From Candidatus Poribacteria bacterium (GTDB taxonomy: Bacteria; Poribacteria; WGA-4E; GCA-2687025): 38,724 bases of DNA. This document shows positions 16,675 through 25,233 of this stretch, one piece after another. The stretch spans positions 1 to 38,724 of the forward strand of contig NYZG01000128.1 in the NCBI GenBank assembly GCA_002687025.1. Reading direction: 5' to 3'. Under the pieces are notes generated by a model. It was not told the DNA's origin, ran no database searches, and worked only from the letters and a program-made list of their open reading frames with translations. Position numbers and translations under genes: made by a program. Position 1 is the first letter of the stretch; each line of letters starts with the position of its first letter.

Positions 16675-17478
16675 ATGTACCTCTCTATCGTCACCGACGA
16701 GATCAGCTCCGACCCGTTGACCGCCGTCGAGTTGGCGACGGAGTGGGACATCCGCCACTTCGAGCTGCGCAATGTCGGCTCCGGTCGACTCCCGGACATC
16801 AGCGACGCGGACAGGCGACGCCTGAGGTCGCTGGCTTCCCGAGGCGACATCGCCCTCACGGCGATCTCGCCCGGGTTCTTCAAGGACCGTCTCGATAGCG
16901 ACACGACGCGACGGCAGTTGAGCGACGCCCTCCCGCGCGCCATCGAACTCGCCCGCGAGCTGGGCGTCCCGAAGATGGTCTTCTTCTCTGGGCGTAAGGA
17001 GAGCGACATGCCCCGCTCGGAGGGCGTGCGTCGCGTCGCCGATCTGCTGGCGGAGTGCGCGGCGAAACTCGCCGAAGTGGATATCGAGCTGCTCGTCGAG
17101 AACGAGCACATCTGTTGGGGCGACACGGGCGCGAACACGGTCGAGATCCTCGACGCCGCGGGTAACTCGAACATGTCGTTGAACTGGGATCCCTGCAACG
17201 GCTTGTGGGCGGGCGGCGACCCGTTCCCCGACGAGTACGAACGCGTCAAGGACCGCATCGCGAACCTGCACGTCAAAGACACGCTGCGAGACCACTTCGG
17301 CGAGTTCCGAGGCGTCCCGATCGGCGAGGGCGAGGTCCCCTGGCGCGAGATTCTACCCGCGATGATCCGCGACGGGTGGCGCGGGCCGTTCTGCGTCGAG
17401 ACGCACTATCAGCCGAAGGTGCGAGGCTCGCGCGTCTGCGCGGAAAACCTGAAGAAGCTGCTTATCGAAGCCGCTTGA
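16675..17478 (+). CDS. Sugar phosphate isomerase/epimerase (xylose isomerase-like TIM barrel, AP_endonuc_2 family)
   Basis: Internal Met of track ORF 16447..17478, with an AGGAG RBS at 16662-16666. Typical pattern: IELARELGVPKMVFFSG, IELLVENEH, NWDPCN, IANLHVKD, and PIGEGEVPWREIL...GWRGPFCVETH. Confidence 0.8.
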   Translation: MYLSIVTDEISSDPLTAVELATEWDIRHFELRNVGSGRLPDISDADRRRLRSLASRGDIALTAISPGFFKDRLDSDTTRRQLSDALPRAIELARELGVPKMVFFSGRKESDMPRSEGVRRVADLLAECAAKLAEVDIELLVENEHICWGDTGANTVEILDAAGNSNMSLNWDPCNGLWAGGDPFPDEYERVKDRIANLHVKDTLRDHFGEFRGVPIGEGEVPWREILPAMIRDGWRGPFCVETHYQPKVRGSRVCAENLKKLLIEAA

Positions 17479-18496
17479 CGCGGCGTTCGTGATCCTCGAC
17501 CGGGCCTTCCTGACATAGCCGCTTGTAGCTCTCGTAACGCTCCCGGCTGATCTCGCGAGCGTCGACCGCTCCGCGGATGGCGCAGCGCGGCTCGTCGAAG
17601 TGCCAGCAGTCGCTGTATTTGCACTTGCCCAGGAACGGCCGCATTTCGAGGAAGTAGTAGTCGATGGTATCCGTCGGCACTCCCCAGAGCCCCACCTCGC
17701 GTATGCCGGGCGTGTCGGCGATGCGCGCGTCGAGTTCGTCGAGGTGGTGTATCCGCACGTAGGTCGTCGTGTGCCGGCCCTTCTGCGACGACTTGCTCAC
17801 CTCGCGCGTGCGGATGTCGAGCTCGGGGTCGAGCGCGTTAAGGATGGACGACTTCCCCACGCCGGAGCTGCCCGCGAACACGCTGAATTGGCCCGCCAGC
17901 ACGTCGCGGAGCGCGTCGACGTTCTCGCCCTCGGTGGCCGACACCATGTGCCACGTCGCGCCCAGGGGTTTGTACACGCGCGTGAGCAGCTCGGACAGCT
18001 TCTCCCGGTCGGCGCCGCGCAGCAGGTCCACTTTGTTGATGCAGAGGACGGGCTTCACGCCGCCGAATTCCGCCAGCACCATCACCCGGTCGATGAAGCG
18101 CAGGTTCAGTCGAGGCTGTTCGACGGACGCGACGATCACGACCTGGTCGATGTTGGCGACGATGATCTGTTCGATGTCGGGCGTGCCGTCGTGCGGCTTG
18201 GGGAGGAGGCGGGAGAGTTTCGTGCGGCGTGGCAGGATTTCCTCGACAACGCCCTCGGCGCCGAGGACGGTGATGCGCACCTCGTCGCCCACCGCGACGG
18301 GATCCGCGTACCGACGGACGAGCTGGCCGTCGTCGGTCTCTTCGTACAGGGAGTCCTTCATCTTCCCGCGTAGCCTGCACAGGACTTCCCGCTCGGGGAT
18401 GGCCACCGTGTAGAAGCCGGACTCCGCTCGATTGACTGTTCCCGTGACTAGCTCTTGCTCACCGATAACGGCCTCCATTCGTTCGGCCAGGGCCAT
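17462..18496 (-). CDS. rsgA: Ribosome small-subunit-dependent GTPase A
   Basis: Circularly permuted GTPase: G4 NKVDL precedes G1 GSSGVGKSSILNAL, then DTPG and the C-terminal zinc knuckle CKYSDCWHFDEPRCA. An N-terminal OB domain is present (VTGTVNRAESGFYTV). Start chosen at MALAERMEAV (18496); 18478 and 18583 are alternatives. Confidence 0.9.
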   Translation of the reverse strand: MALAERMEAVIGEQELVTGTVNRAESGFYTVAIPEREVLCRLRGKMKDSLYEETDDGQLVRRYADPVAVGDEVRITVLGAEGVVEEILPRRTKLSRLLPKPHDGTPDIEQIIVANIDQVVIVASVEQPRLNLRFIDRVMVLAEFGGVKPVLCINKVDLLRGADREKLSELLTRVYKPLGATWHMVSATEGENVDALRDVLAGQFSVFAGSSGVGKSSILNALDPELDIRTREVSKSSQKGRHTTTYVRIHHLDELDARIADTPGIREVGLWGVPTDTIDYYFLEMRPFLGKCKYSDCWHFDEPRCAIRGAVDAREISRERYESYKRLCQEGPVEDHERRVKRLR

Positions 18497-18671
18497 CCCT
18501 GGACCACCAACGCCTCGGCGCCTCGCGGAGATCCGCGGCGCCGTCGGGCTGAACTGTATACCGGAACGTCGGTCGGAACTCAAGGCGGAGAGTCTGCGCG
18601 AGTGCAGGCCACGCTCTGCGCAATTCGCCCGTGTCGGTCGCGGGTGTTAGACTCGTCGCGAGGAGATGTCC

Positions 18672-19652
18672 ATGCGAGGCTGCGAAAACTCGCCGAAGCG
18701 TCGACCGTTCCGCGCGGTATTCGCCGGGCTTGCTCTGTGCGCGCTTTGCCTCGCCACGGCTGCTGGCCGACCGTTCGTCGTCTATGAGCGCTCCGATCGT
18801 GGCACGGAGGTGTACTCGCTCGACGTCCAGCGGAAACGCAGCGAGAACCTCACGAACCACCGCGCCCACGACTGGGAACCGGACTGGTCGCCGGACGGGC
18901 GGCGGATCGTTTTCCTCTCGGACCGCGTGTGGAACCCCGAGCTGTTCGTCATGGAGCGCGACGGGCGGGGTGTCCGACGCGTCACCGACCACGAGAACCG
19001 TGAACACGAGCCGAGTTGGTCGCCGGACGGGTCGGAAATCGCGGTCGCCTTGCGCTCCGCGGCCGATCAGACGAGCACGATCGCAGCGATCGACGTAGAC
19101 ACAGGTAAGGTCCGCCCGATTACCGCCGGGCCCGAGGACAGGTGGCCCCACTGGTCGCCCGGCGGCTCCAAGATCCTGTTCACACGGTACGTCGAGGACG
19201 AGTTGCGCTTGTTCGTCGTAGATCGCGCCGGCGGCAGAGAACAGATGCTGGTCAGGCGCGCGTATGGTGGGCGCTGGTCTCCGAACGGACGGGAAATCGC
19301 TTACAGTGTCCGTGGGAATGGATTGGGTATATACGACATCCGCACGGGCGCAGCTCTGCACATCGACCCTCCGTTGCCGGAGGTCATCGACGAAGTCCTC
19401 GGGCGGGACATCGAAAACAGGCCGTTGGATCCCGCGTGGACCGCGGACGGCCGATCGCTGGTCTTCCGCGACGTGGAGCAAGACCTCTACAGAGTGGATA
19501 TCGACGACGGCGACATCCATCAACTGCCCGCGACCGGCGTGGAGTACCCGAAGTGGCACGACTCCGCATTCGTCAGGGGCGTGGAGCCGGCCGGCAAGAG
19601 TCCGTTCTCGTGGGGTTGGATAAAGGCATTGGGACGGCGGAGACCTGACTAG
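18672..19652 (+). CDS. Secreted TolB-like PD40 (WD40-like) beta-propeller protein
   Basis: Second ATG of track ORF 18666..19652, 6 nt after GAGGAG. Signal peptide FRAVFAGLALCALCLATAAG. Five PD40 signatures: PDWSPDGRRIVF, PSWSPDGSEIAV, PHWSPGGSKILF, GRWSPNGREIAY, PAWTADGRSLVF. Confidence 0.8.
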   Translation: MRGCENSPKRRPFRAVFAGLALCALCLATAAGRPFVVYERSDRGTEVYSLDVQRKRSENLTNHRAHDWEPDWSPDGRRIVFLSDRVWNPELFVMERDGRGVRRVTDHENREHEPSWSPDGSEIAVALRSAADQTSTIAAIDVDTGKVRPITAGPEDRWPHWSPGGSKILFTRYVEDELRLFVVDRAGGREQMLVRRAYGGRWSPNGREIAYSVRGNGLGIYDIRTGAALHIDPPLPEVIDEVLGRDIENRPLDPAWTADGRSLVFRDVEQDLYRVDIDDGDIHQLPATGVEYPKWHDSAFVRGVEPAGKSPFSWGWIKALGRRRPD

Positions 19653-19958
19653 TGCTCCACGCCAGGCACGCCGACGGCGCCGCCATCTCGTGAGGAGAGC
19701 CAATGGAGCGCGGTGCAGAAGGCGTCGTCGCCAGACCACGTCTGGACTTGGGATTTCATCCACGATCGCACCTGTTCCCTACCCTCCCTGTCCTGGCGCT
19801 AATCAGTGAGTTTCACTATCCTGTGTGATGGCGGGCGGCCGTGCAGGGCGCCGGACCCATCAGTCGGTCTGGCGAGACGGGCACAGGACGTTCCTGCCCC
19901 TCGGTACCTGAGCGGCCTTACGGACAGTGGTCTGCATCCGATGAGGAGGCAATCCAGC

Positions 19959-20723
19959 ATGGACATTTCCCGCTGTCGCCGCCGTGTTATCTCGCACGCC
20001 TTGCTTGCCATGGTTACGCTACTTCCCGCTTCTGCCACGGCTGGTACATTCCACGCGAACTTCAACTCGGGCCGCCTTGACGCGTGGCGTGAGTTGCAGG
20101 GCAACGGGCGGATGGACGAAGAAGCGGATTGGTTCACCCGGGACGGCGCCCTCGTTTCGTCCTCCGAAGGCATATGCGAGTTTTCCAGCACCTTCGGCGT
20201 CGGCAACCAGTCGTGGCGAAACTATGAGTTCCAGTCTCGCATGAGAATCGAGAGAGCCAACCTGAATGCGGCATGCGCCCTCCCATCATGGGTCGGCATG
20301 GCCGTTCGGTGCGACGATGTCGATGGCGCGTTCACCTGCATCAACTTCGGGATGTGGACGTTTGGTGGCCCGTGGACTGCCGTACATTGGGACGTGTTCC
20401 TCGCAGGTGGCATAAGCAGCGGTGACTGCCCTAAGCCGGTCATCATATCGGAGGACGTCTGGTACGATATCGTGATTGCCGCGGAAGGTGATCGCATCGT
20501 CCTGCACATCGATGGCGAGCAGACCTGCGAGATATCGGTTGTCAGGCCAGAGGCCGGTGGCATCGGCTTCCAAGCACGGAACGTGGAAGTGCAGTTCGAC
20601 GACGTGGTGGTCACGGGTGACGGCCTGAGTGTCGATGCTGGCGAGAGGCTTGTCACGGCGTGGGCGGATGTGAAGCGCGACATGGAACCGACGCCGTCAT
20701 GGACACCCGTGGAATCGCGCTGA
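19959..20723 (+). CDS. Secreted DUF1080 (3-keto-disaccharide hydrolase-like, concanavalin-fold) domain protein
   Basis: Start at MDISRCRRRVISHALLAMVTLLPASATAG, with a GAGGAGG RBS at 19943-19949. Pattern: F..G.LD.W...(W...DG.L)...NYEF...R......W.G...R, then WYDIVIAAEGDRIVLHIDGEQ and GGIGFQARNVEVQFDDVVV. This matches the DUF1080 layout (…G.IGLQ.H...V.FRNI.I). Confidence 0.6.
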   Translation: MDISRCRRRVISHALLAMVTLLPASATAGTFHANFNSGRLDAWRELQGNGRMDEEADWFTRDGALVSSSEGICEFSSTFGVGNQSWRNYEFQSRMRIERANLNAACALPSWVGMAVRCDDVDGAFTCINFGMWTFGGPWTAVHWDVFLAGGISSGDCPKPVIISEDVWYDIVIAAEGDRIVLHIDGEQTCEISVVRPEAGGIGFQARNVEVQFDDVVVTGDGLSVDAGERLVTAWADVKRDMEPTPSWTPVESR

Positions 20724-20863
20724 GCAACGACGAGGTCGAGGCCGCGCGTACGGAGTCCGTCACGCTCTCCCTTGGTTGGGTGCGTAGTGACGCGGTCACT
20801 ACCAGGTCAGCTGTGCTGACGGGGCGCCGCAACCATGTCCGAGAGTCGGCCGCCACAGCACGT

Positions 20864-21433
20864 ATGATCGACGACTTCCTCTTGGAGGCCCAGATGTCCT
20901 GGTTGATGGCGCCCCATGACCCAGAGTGGGCAGCGCAGTACGAAGACGAGGCAAGTCGGCTACGTGAGGTATTCGGAAGGGAGCTCGTTGCGATCCACCA
21001 TGTTGGAAGCACGGCAATCCCAGGTATCAAGGCGAAACCCATCATCGACATCGTGATCGTCATTGAGGATATCCGGCGAATACACGCTTTCCATGAGGCC
21101 ATGATCGCATTGGGCTACCGTCCCCGTGGGGAGGGCAAGGACCCCTTTCGCACTCCGGGCCGTTTCTACTTCAACAAACCGCACTGCAACATACATACCC
21201 ACCATGCACACGTGATGCAGGCAGGACATCTCGACATTGAGGCGAAGCTGAACTTCCGAGATTATCTGAGGGCTCACCCAGAGGAGGCGCGCGCGTACAG
21301 TGATCTGAAGGCGAGGCTGACGGCAGAGAACACTCAAGGGATTGGCGAGTACATGGAGGGTAAAGATGCCTTCGTGAAGGGCATCATCGCAAGGGCGAAG
21401 CAGTGGAAGGCGCAGGAGCCCCAACGATCCTAG
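20864..21433 (+). CDS. GrpB family protein (UPF0157)
   Basis: PHDPEWAAQYEDEASRLREVFG..LVAIHHVGSTAIPGIKAKPIIDIVIVIED...LGY..RGE......R.YF......HTHHAHV......DIEAKLNFRDYLRAHPEEARAYSDLK is the GrpB pattern. The start is uncertain: ATG 20864, 20894 or 20906. Confidence 0.8.
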   Translation: MIDDFLLEAQMSWLMAPHDPEWAAQYEDEASRLREVFGRELVAIHHVGSTAIPGIKAKPIIDIVIVIEDIRRIHAFHEAMIALGYRPRGEGKDPFRTPGRFYFNKPHCNIHTHHAHVMQAGHLDIEAKLNFRDYLRAHPEEARAYSDLKARLTAENTQGIGEYMEGKDAFVKGIIARAKQWKAQEPQRS

Positions 21434-21447
21434 CCGGTCGCGTTCTC

Positions 21448-22138
21448 TCAATGCGATGACGATTTGCCGCCTTCCGGGCAGAAGTGCGCCGCGCCGCGCC
21501 ACCGCGGCCATGGTAGGTCTGCGTCACGGGCGGTATCTCGGCGCCACATCCCGACATCACATCCTACGCCCAATTGCGGGCAGTCTGGGCAGAGGCCGTC
21601 ACGTAACGGATCGGCTTGCCAAGGTCTGGGAGCAACATCCATTGATCGTCTTCCTGTGATCCAAGGGGCATAGGAACGCCCCCGGAAACAGGCCGCAAGG
21701 CGCGAGGTCAGGGCGGGCTCGTCAGCCAGAAACGGCAGAGCACAACATGCCTTCATGTATGCCGAGTCGGTCGTCGTGTGCGCGCGCAGGATGCAGGACA
21801 TGGGACCAGCTATACGCGCACTGGATCTGGCTCGTAAGAACATAGCCCTGCGTCGACAGCTGCTCGCTGAACCACTCCTCCGCCTTGCCGTACCAGCCAC
21901 GTCGCGTCCATGCAGGCTGAAGGCTTGCGCCGTCGCCCTCGAGTTCGTCAAGGCGCTCCTCGATGACTGATCTGTGCTCGGGCGTCGCCACCGGCAGACG
22001 TGCGAGGGTGTCGCGCCCGACCCAAACGCCGTCGCGAGGGTCATCCGACGCGCCGCAATTCTCCAGGCCATAGACCCTATGCGAGACGCGCTCCGAGAAG
22101 TCGTCAGCCCTCTGTATGATTCTCACGGGTGCATGCAT
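21448..22138 (-). pseudogene. Frameshifted and 3'-truncated phosphotransferase (APH/choline-kinase-like) family gene
   Basis: Two overlapping minus-strand track ORFs join into one N-terminal region. Frame 1 (from MHAPVRIIQRADDF...) reads ...LQPAWTRRGWYGKAEEWFSEQLSTQGYVLTSQIQCAYSWS. Frame 2 continues ...SCILRAHTTTDSAYMKACCALPFLADEPALTSRLAACFRG.... This follows the known pattern P-W-x-R-x-G-W...W-x-x-S-C-V-L-R...Y-F-K-A...F-x-x-E-P-A-L-T. The shift lies near 21795-21812. The reading ends at 21448 after about 230 codons, without the kinase catalytic motifs (Brenner HxDxxxxN, DFG-like). Confidence 0.6.
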
Positions 22139-22433
22139 AGCTGCTCGCGGCCCGGCGTGGAGCTGGGCGGAATAGCCGGGGTGTCCTGTTGGCGAAGAGC
22201 CCGGCCTGTCCGGCGCGCGTCTCGCCGTGGCGTCCGAATCCGCGTCGGGGCATCCCCAGCGCGGTGTCCGCGATCCCGCCGACTCGCGAGCGCGTGAGCC
22301 AACTGCCTGCGTCATGCGGAGATCACGCTGTGGTCTCCAACACCGGCGCCGTACTCCTTACCGGCTTCCCGCGCCGGATGCTACCATCTGAGCGGGTATC
22401 TCCCCGCCTTCTCCACGCCTGGAATCACGCAGC

Positions 22434-23225
22434 GTGACACATCTCGAAGCCGCCTTTCTCGGCCTGGTGCAGGGGCTCACGGAGTTCCTGCCGGTGAGCA
22501 GTTCTGGGCATCTCGTGCTAGCCCAGCACGCGCTGGGGCTCGGTGGCGCCGAGAACCTGACGATGGACCTGCTGCTGCACGTGGCTACGCTCGCCGCAGT
22601 GGTCATCTCGTTTCGCGCCGATCTGCTCCGGCTGGCTGTCGGGATCGTCTCGGACGCGGGTCAGCGGCGTCTCGCGCTGTTGCTCCTTGCGGCGATGATC
22701 CCTACGGGCGTGATCGCGCTGAGTATCCGAGGCTTCATCACAGACGCATTCGATAGCCCGCTCATCGTGGGTTTCCTGCTCATCACGACGGGAGCTCTGC
22801 TTTTCTTCGCGCCGCGACTTCGTAAAGGCTCCGGCGAGCTGTCGGAGTTGCGTCTGTCCAACGCGCTATGGATCGGTGTTGCGCAGGGGGTCGCGGTGCT
22901 TCCGGGCATCTCGCGATCGGGGACGACAATATGCGCGGGCATGATCGGCGGGATGACCGGCGAGGCCTCCGCGCGCTTCTCGTTCCTGCTCGCGATCCTT
23001 GCAATAAGCGCGGCCATGGTACTCAATATCCCAGGCGCAGCCTCGTTGGCCGATGCCGAACTCTCCACCGTAGGCGTGGGGATGCTGGTGGCGTTCATCG
23101 CCGGGATGGTCTCGATACGGTGGCTGATGCGCGTGGCACGCCAAGGGCGGTTCGACGGGTTCGCGTACTACTGCTGGGTCGTCGGTGTGGGCGCGGTCGG
23201 CATCGCGCTCTGGCGCGCCGGGTGA
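22434..23225 (+). CDS. uppP: Undecaprenyl-diphosphate phosphatase
   Basis: GLVQGLTEFLPVSSSGHLVL, HVATLAAV, and ...GVAQGVAVLPGISRSGTTI are the BacA/UppP signature motifs. 263 aa, polytopic, GTG start. Confidence 0.93.
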   Translation: MTHLEAAFLGLVQGLTEFLPVSSSGHLVLAQHALGLGGAENLTMDLLLHVATLAAVVISFRADLLRLAVGIVSDAGQRRLALLLLAAMIPTGVIALSIRGFITDAFDSPLIVGFLLITTGALLFFAPRLRKGSGELSELRLSNALWIGVAQGVAVLPGISRSGTTICAGMIGGMTGEASARFSFLLAILAISAAMVLNIPGAASLADAELSTVGVGMLVAFIAGMVSIRWLMRVARQGRFDGFAYYCWVVGVGAVGIALWRAG

Positions 23226-23249
23226 ATATCGCGTAGGTGGGCAGGACGC

Positions 23250-24083
23250 ATGAAGATCGGCCACTGTCAGTGCGAAGTCGTCGACGGCAGCATCGACCGC
23301 AACGTCGAGACCACGCTCGCCGGCATCGAACGCGCGGAAGCCGAAGGCGTGGCGATCGTGTCGTTTCCCGAATCCGGGTTGACGGGCTATTTCTCGGACG
23401 AAGACGCCGCGCGCAAGCACAGCATGGAGGTGTGCGACCCGCGTATCGACGCGCTTCTACACGCCACGCGCGACCGTTCGCTCACGTTCATGGTCGGGAT
23501 AAACGAGCGCCGCGGGCCCGAACTCTACAACACGGTCATCATCGCCCGCCGCGGGGAGATTCTCGGGACGTACAGCAAGGCGTTTCCCTGCTATCGTTAC
23601 TTTACGCCGGGGCGCGATTTCCCGGTGTTCGAGAGGGACGGCGTCACATTCGGCGTCGTCATATGCGCCGACGGCGGGTACGTGGAGCCTTGCCGCATAC
23701 TGGCCGTGAAGGGCGCGCAGGTTATCTTCGCGCCGCACTACAACGCCATCGGCCTCGACGGCCTCCTGAACCACTTCACGTTCGTGCGCTCGGACCACAC
23801 GGCGCGGGCCGTCGAGAACGGCGTGTGGTTCCTGCGAGGAAACAACGTCAGGGTCGGCCCGGCCGAGGAGCGAATCGCTTACGGCGACAGCTACCTGGTC
23901 GATCCGGCGGGCGAGATCGTCGTCCGCAGTCGGCGGCACGCGGAGTCCCTCATCACGGCAGAGATAGATGTCGAGGGGTACTCGTATCACCGGGACCGGT
24001 CCGTGAAGAGCGGACACGCCCTCGGACGCATTCTGGCGGAGGCCCTCGAAGAGGCCGCGCCCATCGAACGTCACTTCTGTTGA
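23250..24083 (+). CDS. Carbon-nitrogen hydrolase (nitrilase superfamily) protein
   Basis: The Glu-Lys-Cys triad is in the expected contexts: IVSFPESGLTGY, GTYSKAFP, and FGVVICADGGYVE. The size (277 aa) is typical. Confidence 0.85.
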   Translation: MKIGHCQCEVVDGSIDRNVETTLAGIERAEAEGVAIVSFPESGLTGYFSDEDAARKHSMEVCDPRIDALLHATRDRSLTFMVGINERRGPELYNTVIIARRGEILGTYSKAFPCYRYFTPGRDFPVFERDGVTFGVVICADGGYVEPCRILAVKGAQVIFAPHYNAIGLDGLLNHFTFVRSDHTARAVENGVWFLRGNNVRVGPAEERIAYGDSYLVDPAGEIVVRSRRHAESLITAEIDVEGYSYHRDRSVKSGHALGRILAEALEEAAPIERHFC

Positions 24084-24140
24084 TCGAGTTTGACCGGAAC
24101 TGCACGACCGACGATCCAAGATTACCGGCGGGAGAGAACC

Positions 24141-25229
24141 ATGGCCGATCTATACGGAGCCGAGTGGACACGACGTGACCTTTTGCGGCGTGTTGGGGAC
24201 GTGTCGCAGATAGCGGGCATACGCCGCTCGACGCTTCTCGATGGCCGCGAGCGCGGCGTCAAGGTATTCGAATTTCGCACCGGTGGCGGCCTGGACTTCA
24301 CGGTCGTCCCCAGCCGCGGCATGGACATCGCCAACGCCGAGTACCGAGGCACCCCGCTGGCATGGATCAGCCCCTCGGGCCTCATGGCCCCCGACTTCTT
24401 CGACCCTCGGAACGCGCTGCGTAGCTTTTCCGGCGGCCTTCTCACCACGTGCGGAATGATGAACGTGGGCCCCGAAGGCGAGGACGAAGGCGAGGAGCTC
24501 CCGTTCCACGGACGCGTGTCGAACATCCCGGCGCACCAGGTCACCGCGGACGCGCGGTGGGAGAGAGATCGCCTGACGCTCGTGACGCAGGGCATCGTGC
24601 GCGAGACATCGGCGAGCGGCCACACGTTGGAGCTGACGCGGAACATCTCCTCGGTCGCCGGCAGCCGGCAAATCCGCATCACGGACATCGTCGAGAACAT
24701 GGGCTTCCGCGAAGCGCCATTCATGTTCCTGTACCACATCAACGCCGGATTCCCGGTCGTCGACGAAGGCTCCGAGCTGGTGCTTCCCGCGCAAACGGCG
24801 GAGCCACGTGATGCCGTCGCCGAAGCGGGACTCTCGGATCGGTTGCGGTTCTCTGGACCGGTGGCGGGCTACGAGGAGCAGGTCTTCTATCACGATGTCG
24901 TGCCGGACGAGAACAGACACGCCTGGGCCGCGGTAATCAACAAGCGGCACAACGGCGGCGAGGGCATCGGCCTATACGTGCGCTACCACAAGACGCAGTT
25001 CCCGAACTTCATCGAGTGGAAGATGATGGGCGAGGGCACGTACGTCGTGGGGATGGAACCCGCGAACTGCCGGGTCGACGGCCGCGCCGCGGAACGCGAG
25101 GCGGGCACGCTCGAGTCGATCGAAGTCGGCGGCCGCCGTCACTTCGAGACGGAAATCGGCGTCCTCGTGGGTCAGGAAGAGATCGCCGAATTCGAGGAGC
25201 GCGTTGCCGCGACGCGCAGTGGAGCATAG
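24141..25229 (+). CDS. Aldose-1-epimerase-like protein (DUF4432 family)
   Basis: Internal Met of track ORF 24090..25229. SRGMDIANAEYRGTPLAWISPSG, FSGGLLTTCGMMNVGP, ELPFHGRVSNIPA, FMFLYHINAGFP and VGMEPANC follow the DUF4432/mutarotase-fold pattern. Confidence 0.75.
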   Translation: MADLYGAEWTRRDLLRRVGDVSQIAGIRRSTLLDGRERGVKVFEFRTGGGLDFTVVPSRGMDIANAEYRGTPLAWISPSGLMAPDFFDPRNALRSFSGGLLTTCGMMNVGPEGEDEGEELPFHGRVSNIPAHQVTADARWERDRLTLVTQGIVRETSASGHTLELTRNISSVAGSRQIRITDIVENMGFREAPFMFLYHINAGFPVVDEGSELVLPAQTAEPRDAVAEAGLSDRLRFSGPVAGYEEQVFYHDVVPDENRHAWAAVINKRHNGGEGIGLYVRYHKTQFPNFIEWKMMGEGTYVVGMEPANCRVDGRAAEREAGTLESIEVGGRRHFETEIGVLVGQEEIAEFEERVAATRSGA

Positions 25230-25233
25230 AACG

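Noticed and set aside
19649-19759. 36-codon minus-strand ORF (MKSQVQTWSGDDAFCTALHWLSSRDGGAVGVPGVEH*) in the 300-bp spacer after the TolB-like gene. About 77% of its third positions are G/C.
   Set aside because: It has no convincing RBS and no recognisable family. It is too short to distinguish from chance in GC-rich DNA, and its stop overlaps the TolB-like stop through the CTAG palindrome. Not reported as a gene.
18459-19763. 434-aa minus-strand ORF.
   Set aside because: It is antisense to the TolB-like PD40 gene, whose repeats are unmistakable. There are no motifs and the composition is Arg-rich. The same reasoning rejects 11449..12882 (-), 26798..28351 (+), 6293..7432 (+), 15399..16454 (-), 17600..18373 (+), 23237..24178 (+), 25332..26315 (+) and 38016..38639 (-).
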